From: a virus
Virus record (IMG/VR): IMGVR_UViG_3300026493_000016
Location: 81,873-145,872 of that record
DNA length: 64,000 nucleotides
Strand: one strand, 5' to 3'
The notes beneath the pieces were generated by a model. It was not told where the DNA came from, did no database searches, and saw only the letters and a list, made by a program, of their open reading frames with translations. A program made the translations under genes and the position numbers. Positions 36,145 to 45,700 of the stretch are shown here, piece after piece; positions within the stretch are counted from its first letter, which is position 1; each line of letters starts with the position of its first letter.

Positions 36145-36978
36145 TTAAAACTCAAGGTTTTCCTCGTCCATGAACTTCTTGTCAAAGTAGAATTTACCCA
36201 TAAGCTTGTCCACTACTCCGTGGAAGTAAGCGAATATAGATTTATTGAATCGTGTACCAGATTTCATTTTCATAACTAGTTCTTTAAGCGCGATGTAACC
36301 AATATGGGCTTCTTGCTCTTTGTTGAATGCTGCTGTCGTGTTGTTTTGTAACACTACTCTCCATAGTTCTTCGATTGTTTTCGCTTTAGAGAAATAAGAG
36401 TTTGCTAGATTAGTGAAACGTGGATTTACCCAGTGAGCTACAAATTCCGCACTCTTTAAGTTGTTTAATGTATCTTCAGTAGAGATATTATTATTACGTT
36501 GTTTATATGTTTTAAATGTTTTTGTTTTAAGGTCTTGAGTGGTTGTTTTTTTAGCCGGACATTTAACAGGTGTTTTTGCAGGTTCCTTGTTGGACTCTTC
36601 CTCTTTTACGATTGGTAGAATAGTAACGATATTTGATGTCTGTCTCATATCTGATGGGCGCTTCATATCGTATTCTTTTACCATACCTAAATCACGAAGA
36701 CGAATCATTAATCGTTGAATCGTTTTATAGCTAACTTCTAAAATCTTAGACATAGAACGTTTTGTTAAAAAGCTCACGCCAAAGTACTTGCAGCTGTGCT
36801 CCTTAATAATCATGATAAGTTTCGATAAGTTTTGCTTCATATCCCCGCGGATATCTAATTTCTTAATATCATCACGGTAAACACGAACTACCTCGTTCAT
36901 CTCTTCTACATTTTTAAATGTTACTAAACTATTATACGTTTCCTCACATGCAACTAACTCGATGTTTGCTTTAGCCAT
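36145..36978 (-). CDS. Winged-HTH protein resembling Bacillus prophage/plasmid Rep-like HTH family
   Basis: GVSFL...SYKTIQRL..RLRDLG...RQTSN wHTH, K/T-rich linker, C-terminal helical domain. Confidence 0.7.
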   Translation of the reverse strand: MAKANIELVACEETYNSLVTFKNVEEMNEVVRVYRDDIKKLDIRGDMKQNLSKLIMIIKEHSCKYFGVSFLTKRSMSKILEVSYKTIQRLMIRLRDLGMVKEYDMKRPSDMRQTSNIVTILPIVKEEESNKEPAKTPVKCPAKKTTTQDLKTKTFKTYKQRNNNISTEDTLNNLKSAEFVAHWVNPRFTNLANSYFSKAKTIEELWRVVLQNNTTAAFNKEQEAHIGYIALKELVMKMKSGTRFNKSIFAYFHGVVDKLMGKFYFDKKFMDEENLEF

Positions 36979-37015
36979 CTGTAACTACCTCCGTTGTTTT
37001 TGTAATATAATACGA

Positions 37016-37044
37016 AGTATATAATAGAAAAAGAGAAATAGCAA
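37016..37044 (-). promoter_or_regulatory. Possible sigma-A promoter overlapping terminator
   Basis: TTGCTA-17bp-TATACT. Confidence 0.55.
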
Positions 37045-37058
37045 CAACTATTTCTCTT
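37028..37058 (-). terminator. Intrinsic terminator after helicase
   Basis: AAGAGAAATAG-6nt-CTATTTCTCTT plus TTT. Confidence 0.8.
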
Positions 37059-37074
37059 AGTAGGACAATTACTA

Positions 37075-38844
37075 TTAAATTTTAACTAGTTTCACATCGA
37101 ATTTCTCTTCTTTGTATAGACGTAAACGTTCTTTACTGTGGGATTTTAGTATGCGGTGAGTCATGTCAACAAAATCGAAAATTACAGTTTGGTTTCCGTC
37201 AACTCCGTTAAGTCGAAGTCCACGACCGATACGTTGTAAAATTTGTCTCATAGATTTACCACCGTTCAGTAGAACCATACATCCAATTGAGTTAATTGAG
37301 ATACCCTCATCGATAATCGTAGATGCTACTAAGAAGTGTAACTCGTTATTATCGAATCTAGTTAACAGTTCGGTACGCTCTTCCAGTGTTAGGTCACCGT
37401 TAAGGAATCCAACTTCGTAACCTTTTTCTTGCAACATTGCGACAGCTCTGTTACCATGTTCAATATGAGTAACCGTTAGAACGACTCCGGCTTTCTTAGC
37501 TTCATAGAATGTCACTGCCATCTTAACGCCTAATCCAGTACGGTAATCATTTTCTGCGATACCGACTTTGTAGGCTTCTAGATAGTTCTCGGCAAGTTCA
37601 ATATTTCGTGGTTCCTTAACTTCTAATACTCGGATTCTAGGTTTAGAAGATATACCACGTTCAATCATCTCAGCGTTCGACACCTTTGCAATGATATTAC
37701 CGAACAACGCTTCTAGTCGATGACACATAATCGTATCTTTCGGGTCAACCGTACCCGTTAATCCGATACGGTATTGTGCATTTTCCATAGCTAGCGCATT
37801 GTTGTACCAAGTATCACCTTTCGCACGTTGACACTCGTCGGCAATTAGTACACGTACAGAGTTAACAAAGTCATTCGCTTGTTTCCACTTATCGAAGTTC
37901 TTCTTATTCTTCTTCTCTAACACTTTCTCGAATTTAACTTTGAACCCCATAAGCTCCATCTGTACTTTAGCTTGTGAGTACGTGTTATCGTAAGCTAGTA
38001 CTGTAAGAGCTTCTTCAATTTCTAAATCATTCTTCGTTTTAGGCGTCCAGTTCTTCAAGAAGTTTTTAATGAGAGTTTTTGTGTTAACTGTTCCAATGAA
38101 TCTAGGGGCAATGTCCTCACTCATCTTCTTGAACATTCGTTCCTTAGCTGTTAGTGATACACCCTTCTTCGGGTCCGATAATGCAGATGCAAGTGAAGGG
38201 CTCATTGCGAATACTAGTTTCTTATTCTTCACATCGAATTTACCCTCACCGATTAAACCTGTTTCTTTAATGTCAATACCCAAACCTTCACAAATAGATT
38301 CACGTGCTTGCTGCAAGATATCTTTTGAGTGAACCATGAAGCATATTCTCTCATCTCTGTCAAGTAGTGGCTGAAGTATCTTGATTAATCCTGTTGCTTG
38401 GAATGTTTTACCTGCGTTTGTTGCTAGATTGACAACTCCGGTTTGTTCTGCTAGGGACTGTTTAACCGATGCATATTGGTAATCGTGAAGCGTGAGCACT
38501 TCACCCTTTTTCAAAACTGTGATTTCCTCATCGATAGAATCTTGGTGAATCAGTGGTGACGGTCTATCATCTTCAATGGTATATGTCAACATTTTTATAT
38601 ATGTCTGCATGTGACGGATACCTTCTAGGAACTTATCAAGAAACCCAGTAGGGAATTTATCGTTCTTCATATCATAGTAGTCTGTAATTCCGTCCCAGTG
38701 TCCTAGCTTGTATACTCGTGAATGAAGTGCTTTCGGGTCCTTTAATCCAAGTTGATGATGCATGTAGTCTCTTACTTCATCTTGTAGTTTTACGTTATTC
38801 TGGAAGTCTACTGTTGTGTAGCTATTACCTACCTTAATTATCAT
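37075..38844 (-). CDS. SF2 (UvsW-like) DNA helicase
   Basis: DYQ, ATNAGKT, DECQ, TGT, QRIGRGLR. Confidence 0.92.
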   Translation of the reverse strand: MIIKVGNSYTTVDFQNNVKLQDEVRDYMHHQLGLKDPKALHSRVYKLGHWDGITDYYDMKNDKFPTGFLDKFLEGIRHMQTYIKMLTYTIEDDRPSPLIHQDSIDEEITVLKKGEVLTLHDYQYASVKQSLAEQTGVVNLATNAGKTFQATGLIKILQPLLDRDERICFMVHSKDILQQARESICEGLGIDIKETGLIGEGKFDVKNKKLVFAMSPSLASALSDPKKGVSLTAKERMFKKMSEDIAPRFIGTVNTKTLIKNFLKNWTPKTKNDLEIEEALTVLAYDNTYSQAKVQMELMGFKVKFEKVLEKKNKKNFDKWKQANDFVNSVRVLIADECQRAKGDTWYNNALAMENAQYRIGLTGTVDPKDTIMCHRLEALFGNIIAKVSNAEMIERGISSKPRIRVLEVKEPRNIELAENYLEAYKVGIAENDYRTGLGVKMAVTFYEAKKAGVVLTVTHIEHGNRAVAMLQEKGYEVGFLNGDLTLEERTELLTRFDNNELHFLVASTIIDEGISINSIGCMVLLNGGKSMRQILQRIGRGLRLNGVDGNQTVIFDFVDMTHRILKSHSKERLRLYKEEKFDVKLVKI

Positions 38845-38874
38845 TTAACTCTCTCCTCTTCTTTTGTATAAATT

Positions 38875-38884
38875 AAGTATAGCA
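38875..38884 (-). promoter_or_regulatory. -10-only promoter motif upstream of helicase
   Basis: TGCTATACTT. Confidence 0.5.
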
Positions 38885-38899
38885 GAGTTAAAATTTATA

Positions 38900-38934
38900 A
38901 AGAAAAAAGAGTCCACTAAGTAGTGGGCTCTTTT
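38900..38934 (-). terminator. Terminator closing the structural module
   Basis: AAAAGAGCCCACTA/TAGTGGACTCTTTT plus T run. Confidence 0.85.
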
Positions 38935-39104
38935 AGTTTAGTTAACAATCCTGCTAGTTCTTCTTTCATTTTTGCAACATCTTCCAAGTCTTGTTTTAAC
39001 TTAATAGAGTTACGTAAATCTTGGCTCTGTTGTTCCATTTGTCTCTCCATATCAGGGGTTGGTACAAAGACCAACGCCCCAGATGAAGCTCTATATTCTG
39101 CCAT
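38916..39104 (-). CDS. Small conserved virion-module protein
   Basis: SGAL.F.PT plus coiled coil; herellevirus position after adsorption protein. Confidence 0.7.
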   Translation of the reverse strand: MAEYRASSGALVFVPTPDMERQMEQQSQDLRNSIKLKQDLEDVAKMKEELAGLLTKLKEPTT

Positions 39105-39114
39105 GCTATTCCTC

Positions 39115-42100
39115 CTATGCTCTTATACGTTGTGTTACTGCTGCTGTGAACTTCTTAACACGAGGTCTAACAAGTCTGTTTGTAGAAGATAATAACAGTC
39201 TATACTTGACTTGCGTAAACTGTCTGTTTTGATTTGCCGCGTTAGCTTTTAAATCGTCAAGTTTGACCTGATAGTTGTATCGCATAAATTCTTGGTTGTC
39301 TACTACACTGGTTTTAATTGAGTGAGTTGTACTGCCCTCCAATGATAACCATCTGTTATCTCCATCTAACATAACTTCTGCCTTTACATCAGAACCAGCA
39401 GGTAATGCAGCACTGTACTCTAATGTTAACGTATCGAAAGGTGCATCATCTTGGAATGTTGCTAGCGTTGTGTAAGTTGCACTTTCTTTACTTACGAAGT
39501 TGACGAACAATAAATCGTCCAGAGCTAACATTGGAGAGATGTATCTATTAGGCTTAAACCTAGCTCGTAGTTTTACTTGAGATACAACAAAAGGTGTTGG
39601 AACACTCGCGTAGTTCGCTAAAGGTAACCACTCACCAGAATTCACGTTACCTCCGTTATTGTCTCTGTTTAATATTTTAACTTCCCACGTACATCCTGTG
39701 TTCTCAGGTGTTAAGTAAGACGCCATTAGTAGTAATCCATTAGAATCTACATCACGCATAACATCGAACTCTACAATAGTGTCGTTAACAGTATCGAACT
39801 CAGCTGTATATATTTTAAATTTCATATCAGTGGATTGATGAACTGACCAAGATACCGCGTTAGAAGAACTAAATAGCACACCGTTTACATAAGGTTGCGA
39901 TGTTACTACTGAACCATCTACTTTGTTATTCTCACCCATTGTCGCTGTCCACATATTGTAACTAGGACTATCAGTAATGAAGACTACGCAATAGTTAACT
40001 CCTGCCTCTACCATAAGTGGGTCATCTAAAGCAATCTTTGTTTCTACTAAACCAGTGTCAGACACGTTAATCTGGTTTGGTTTAAGAACTCTCTCAGAGT
40101 ACACTGTTCTGTTAGGTAGACCACCATCACTGATTCCTCGTACTTGCATTGTAATCGGTAGTTTAGGGTCTTTCGTTGCAAAGTAAACACCGATGGAAGA
40201 TACTACACGTGCTTGCGGGAATACAAAGGATTGTGCTAATGGGTCATAAAGCTGGAATGTAACGTGTGTGCGAGTTATAGTATCTGTAGTGATTTTACTT
40301 GTCCCTTGAGCTGAGAATGTTGTGATAGCTCTACCATCACCATTCGGTTTAGAAGGGTCTCCAGCTCTGTTAGTAATTACTACTTCACGTGTACCTGTTC
40401 TAATATTTTGTGGAATCTTAAACGTACCTCGGATAACCCCTTCACCATCTGATTTAGCAACACCTACTTGACCTTGAACCTCATGACCTGTAGCTGGTGT
40501 AACAGATGTACGGACACCATCAAACTCGATATAATACCCAGACGTTAATGGTGCAAATCCATCAGCGCGGAAAGTAACATCGATAGAACGCATATACTCA
40601 ATCATTTCGCTACGAGTGGTCTGTGCTGAGCTCCACATCTCACCTTCTGCTTTATCTGTTTTACTCCAACCAAGTGATGCCTCGTTCCACTGTGCACCAC
40701 CTAGTAAGTTTGTATTGTCTACTAACCACTGATTGTAGTCATTCAGTTCCCCCCAGTTAGCTTCACCTACGTGAGCCCACCAACGGTTAATATTAGTAGT
40801 TGTAAATTCTTCGTTGTATAAGGTAACTCTAGACTCATCAATCCAGTTGTCGGAAGATGGTGTAAGTTGTAATGTACCGTTAGCTTGGAATACTTGGTAC
40901 GGGTTTACGTTCATAGGACTAGTCGCAATATTCTGTACAATCTCGGCGGTCTCTTTAAATGGAGCAGTTACAATTCTACCGTTAGCACCCCACTTAGTAG
41001 CATGGGACTCATTATCTAAGAATGAAGGTCGTTTCTTTTTATCATCTGGAGTATCAGTTGGTATTGTAATGTGTGCATCATCGAAACTGAACGATACGTT
41101 TGTTTGTGCTTTATCCATGCGAGAGAAATCGGTGAATGGGTCTACAAACAGTCCGCGTAATCGTAAAGGTTCTTGCCCTTTTTGTGCGACACGCTCAAGA
41201 GCTAACACTGCTTGATTGGCTTCTACTTGTTCTAATCTAGATTTCATAACCTGTAAATCTTCAAATCTAAGTCTCGTTACAGCAGTGTTTTTAACTACCG
41301 CCTTCTCGCTATTAGGGTAAATGTGAATATTACCTAGTTTAAGAGAGAATGGGTCAACGTTACGCGTGATAGTTGCTCTACCTTCTTCATCTGGCTCTCC
41401 AGAATGTAAGTAAATTTTACCATCCGCACCTAACATAACGATATCTTCTCGAGCTAAAGCATAATCAAAGGTAACTTGTGCCACAGAACCGTCTGCGGGC
41501 TGAGAAGCTTGTTTAAATGTTATTTTAGTTGTGCTCCCTACTCCGTTAGCGTTATCTACAGTAGATACTGTATAGTCTGTAGTATCTATAAATAATCTAG
41601 AATAATCGAATGTCGCTTTATATCCGGTACCGTCCTTAGGTCTAACAGAACCTGCGGATGTTTGCCACTCAATAAATGTAGAGCTACCATCAACTACAAA
41701 ACGATAATCTGTAAAAGGTTTAAATACGTGACCTGTTTGTGTATCTAGCGTACCAATAACTATAGAACCTTCTGTACTAGGATTCATGAACTTACTATCT
41801 ATAGTATCTCTATTGCTTGCAGCGTTACGGTTAATAGCTAAATCTACTTGTCTTTGTTTACCTGATACTCTGTTTACTTTCTGTACGAAGGAACTAGCTA
41901 CTGTAATAGGTACTCCTGTTCTGTACGTATACTCGGAGTTTACTACTGTAGACACGCTCTTCTCTTTAGGTACTTGTAATAATGTTGTGGATGGTTTTTC
42001 TACACGCCACCCATTAACGTGAGCGATACCTTTATCAACTGCTACAGTGATATAGTTACGAGCATCATTTTTAGGTTCTTCTTTTAGGTACATGTTGAAA

Positions 42101-42723
42101 CCAGTAATCTGATATGAGCCTAATGTCTCGCTATCAAATGTAGCTAGTGCTTTGTTAATTAAATCCGACTCAGGTGTTACTGATTTTGTAAATAACTGAC
42201 CATCGTCAAATACGTAAATAGTAGTTGCCTCGGTATCGTTATACGTTAGAACTACTTTTTCTTCTAATCTATCTGCACCTTCAGACGCGTAGTTAGCGAC
42301 GTCTTGTGTTAAGTCTAACAGACTCTGGTCCATAGAAGATGTAATAATACGAGATACTAGCTTAACTCCAATCTCCTCATGACCTTTACCTGTGAACTTA
42401 TCTGTTTCTTGCATCTCAAAAGGTCTAATTTTACCTGATAAGTAAAGTCTACCACTACGTACTCGTAACCCTTTAATAGGAGCTGTTTGGTCCGCTGGGT
42501 CTGAACCTGTTCGTAAGAATTGGAAGTTCATGTCATCTTGAATGTTACCGTCTTTAAAGATACTATCACCTAGTGCACCTAAGTAGTGACTCTGTATAGA
42601 CTGTAGTTCGTTTAGTTCAGATTGCTGTAAAGCTCTATCCCCTTGGAACAGGACCTGAGTCCTGTTCTGTGTGGGATTAAATCTATCGTAATAAGGTTTA
42701 TCTTTAAAAATCTCTTGAGCCAT
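39115..42723 (-). CDS. Adsorption-associated tail/baseplate protein (DUF4815-like)
   Basis: PYYDRF...VLF..DRALQQSELNELQS, EGADRL, DPLAQSF. Confidence 0.85.
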   Translation of the reverse strand: MAQEIFKDKPYYDRFNPTQNRTQVLFQGDRALQQSELNELQSIQSHYLGALGDSIFKDGNIQDDMNFQFLRTGSDPADQTAPIKGLRVRSGRLYLSGKIRPFEMQETDKFTGKGHEEIGVKLVSRIITSSMDQSLLDLTQDVANYASEGADRLEEKVVLTYNDTEATTIYVFDDGQLFTKSVTPESDLINKALATFDSETLGSYQITGFNMYLKEEPKNDARNYITVAVDKGIAHVNGWRVEKPSTTLLQVPKEKSVSTVVNSEYTYRTGVPITVASSFVQKVNRVSGKQRQVDLAINRNAASNRDTIDSKFMNPSTEGSIVIGTLDTQTGHVFKPFTDYRFVVDGSSTFIEWQTSAGSVRPKDGTGYKATFDYSRLFIDTTDYTVSTVDNANGVGSTTKITFKQASQPADGSVAQVTFDYALAREDIVMLGADGKIYLHSGEPDEEGRATITRNVDPFSLKLGNIHIYPNSEKAVVKNTAVTRLRFEDLQVMKSRLEQVEANQAVLALERVAQKGQEPLRLRGLFVDPFTDFSRMDKAQTNVSFSFDDAHITIPTDTPDDKKKRPSFLDNESHATKWGANGRIVTAPFKETAEIVQNIATSPMNVNPYQVFQANGTLQLTPSSDNWIDESRVTLYNEEFTTTNINRWWAHVGEANWGELNDYNQWLVDNTNLLGGAQWNEASLGWSKTDKAEGEMWSSAQTTRSEMIEYMRSIDVTFRADGFAPLTSGYYIEFDGVRTSVTPATGHEVQGQVGVAKSDGEGVIRGTFKIPQNIRTGTREVVITNRAGDPSKPNGDGRAITTFSAQGTSKITTDTITRTHVTFQLYDPLAQSFVFPQARVVSSIGVYFATKDPKLPITMQVRGISDGGLPNRTVYSERVLKPNQINVSDTGLVETKIALDDPLMVEAGVNYCVVFITDSPSYNMWTATMGENNKVDGSVVTSQPYVNGVLFSSSNAVSWSVHQSTDMKFKIYTAEFDTVNDTIVEFDVMRDVDSNGLLLMASYLTPENTGCTWEVKILNRDNNGGNVNSGEWLPLANYASVPTPFVVSQVKLRARFKPNRYISPMLALDDLLFVNFVSKESATYTTLATFQDDAPFDTLTLEYSAALPAGSDVKAEVMLDGDNRWLSLEGSTTHSIKTSVVDNQEFMRYNYQVKLDDLKANAANQNRQFTQVKYRLLLSSTNRLVRPRVKKFTAAVTQRIRA

Positions 42724-42735
42724 AAAGTAAGTCTC

Positions 42736-45700
42736 CTATTCTTTAGTTATTTTTATCATTGATTCGTGAACAATGTCTAGTTCATCGATGCGCTGCTGGA
42801 TGTTATCTCCTTCAATATAGGGGATGTCTCCTTGTTTGTCATGAAGTATCGCGTTGCGGAAGTCGAACGATTTACCTTCTGAACCTGAGAATGGGAACAC
42901 GATTCTGCTCATGATGTTAGTGCAGTTTTTAGGAACGTTAGCCTTAATGCTGTACGTTTTCCATTCTGGAGTTAAGGTAACAGTCTGGATAGCCTCCTCA
43001 TGTCGGTTAGTAAAGAAGAAATGCTTAAGCATAACTTGTGTTCCTGTGTCTGCTCTTAAGTCTACACTAAATGTTACTTCTGTACCTTCTTTGATGTCCT
43101 TGTTACCATCGGTGTATCCTCCAAACTGAATGAAGGCATCTAGTGTATTTAAGCACCTAACATTCGCGTATCCTTCGTGCTGAGTGTACGCTGCGCGTGT
43201 AACCCGCATGAATCTATCAATGTTTAGTATTGTGAATACTTCGCCTTGACCATATGGTACTTCTTTAGCTGCACTACCTCTTAATATACGGTTAGGAGTG
43301 TAAGATGGATAGTATTCTGCGATTCTAGTAGTACCTGATGGTTCATTAAAGTCACCTGCGTTCATTGTATCTTCATACGTTAATCCAGCTCTTGCAAATG
43401 TTGGAGTTTCTCGAAGATATATACCGCCGAATCCTTTGTTATCTAACATACCACCTTTTATTGTAGCTGCTAGGTAAATATGGTCTGCACCTTCTTCTCG
43501 TATCTTATCGAGCGGAACCATGTACCATTCTTTACCTGCAAATGTTAGTTTAGGTAGTGGTCGAGGATTAGAAGGTAATGCTTCAGCTACAGGGATAATT
43601 TTCTCTAATCTCTTATAACCCATTATACCATTGTTGATTAATGCGAAATATGTGCGGTCCTTATTATTCACCATACTTCTCATGAACTGAGCTATGTCAT
43701 AGATGTTTACATTCTCACCTCTATCTTCTGGTGCATATCTCCAAGCAGCTTTATTATCTGCCCCTAGATAGATAGACGGTCTAGAAACACGTACGTAGTC
43801 ACCAAAAGATTGTATGTGTATTCCACCAAATATTCTATCGTAAACATCAGGTGTTAATGTTTGTGTTGTATATATTCTCTCTTTAACGTTCATTCCTGTT
43901 GTTACACGTAACCAAGAACCTTGATATGATATGGGTCCGTTACCTTTTGCATAATTAATTTCCGTTCCCATTCTATTTCTATTTTGACCTAATTCCGTAG
44001 CAACACCTTTAACTATCTCAACATCGACCGCAATAGTTACGGGTTGTCCCATGAACTCTTTAAGTGCGTCGGATACTGTATAATCTTTACCTTGATTACC
44101 TACTACAGGTGCGAATAAATACTCTTCGGGTGCTTGTTCATATGGTCTGTTTAGTTCTCCTGTTGTTGGTTTTTTAATCAACATGTAATTGGCAAACTCA
44201 AACGTGTTACCAGCGTTAAGGTCGGCTACTTCAAATCTCGCATATTGGTCATTACCTAAAGATGAGGCAGTTACCGTAAACTCAGTGAATACCCTTGTCC
44301 ATTGGTTTGTGGCTCTACCGACTGTTGCTCCATTACCTATAGCAGTGTTCCAGTAGGCGTAAACTACTTTACTGTCCGTGGAAGATAACTGAGGTATTCT
44401 AACATCTGCGCTTAGTACCACTTTGTCTCCGACTTTAATAATGTCTCTATCTTTTAGTGTCCACATTTTGTATCTCATGGAGCCCCAGTTTGCGGACGTA
44501 GCGTAGACGTCACCACCATTATACTTCTGTCCTGTAGGTATACACGAATTATTTCTCCACACGTTCACTCCTTTATCTACTTCCGCAGCACCGTACGCTG
44601 TACCCCAGTCTTTTGTCCATAATAACAGGTTTCGACTTTGACCTAATGGGATAGTCTTAGGGTCTGGTTGAGATAGTCCTGCAAGTAGTTTGGCGTACTT
44701 TAGGTCCAAACTAACATTACCGGAATAACCTTCACGCAACCTACTTCTAATGTAGATACTTACGTAACCGTCTTTACTAACGTACGTATCCCTGCTGTTT
44801 AATGGAATTACGAATGTATGCGTTTGTGTTTCGAAAGTTGCTGGGAATGTTGTTTCTGGAAATGTCTTTGTACCAACCCACGCGTTATTTGCGTAACTAA
44901 ATATAGATATTTCACAACCGTTCCCGTCTCTTCCGTGTTGACCTCTAGCGACAATTGTATAACCTAAGTCTGATAAGAGGTTTTTAGATATTTGAATTTT
45001 ACCATCTTCATCTTCAACACCACGGAATACGTGTGAGCCTATACCCTTCTCTACAACATCCGGTAGATAAAAACTAACCATAATCTGTGCTGGTCCCCAT
45101 CTCTGTTCCTCAGCGACTTTGCTTGCCTCTGTTGTGATATACTTATCGTCATTCTCTAGAAGCTTATCGTAATCATCAGAAGGTATTGGTACCCAGTCAG
45201 TACTTGTAGGTACAGGTCTTATTCTCGGTTCTGTACTCGTAAATACTGTTGTACCTCTCTTAAACTCTACTTTTGTTTCGAACTTATCAACTGCAAGTCT
45301 AGTATAAGTGTTTACATCTTTGTTTGGTGTACCAGAAATACCAATGTACACATAACCATCATCACAAATGAACGATGCAATATCTTCTGGAACTATTGTG
45401 AAGATATTATCGTCATCTACTGATGTACCTAGAACTACCTTGTTATCTACGTTGTCCCATTCATGCTTAAGTGCGTCCCATCGTCTTACAGTAAACCATG
45501 TTGGTTCCCCTGCTTTCCCTGTTGCACTGATTTTTAAATCTACTCGAACGTTTCTAATTAAGTTCTGTATAAAGTCTTGTTTCTCTTTAACGGTTTGCTT
45601 ATTTGCGAAGAAGTTATCACCATATCTATCTTCAAAAACTTTAAAAATATCGTACTGATATACTTGTGTAGGTACTGCATTAACTATTCTTACTGAGTCT

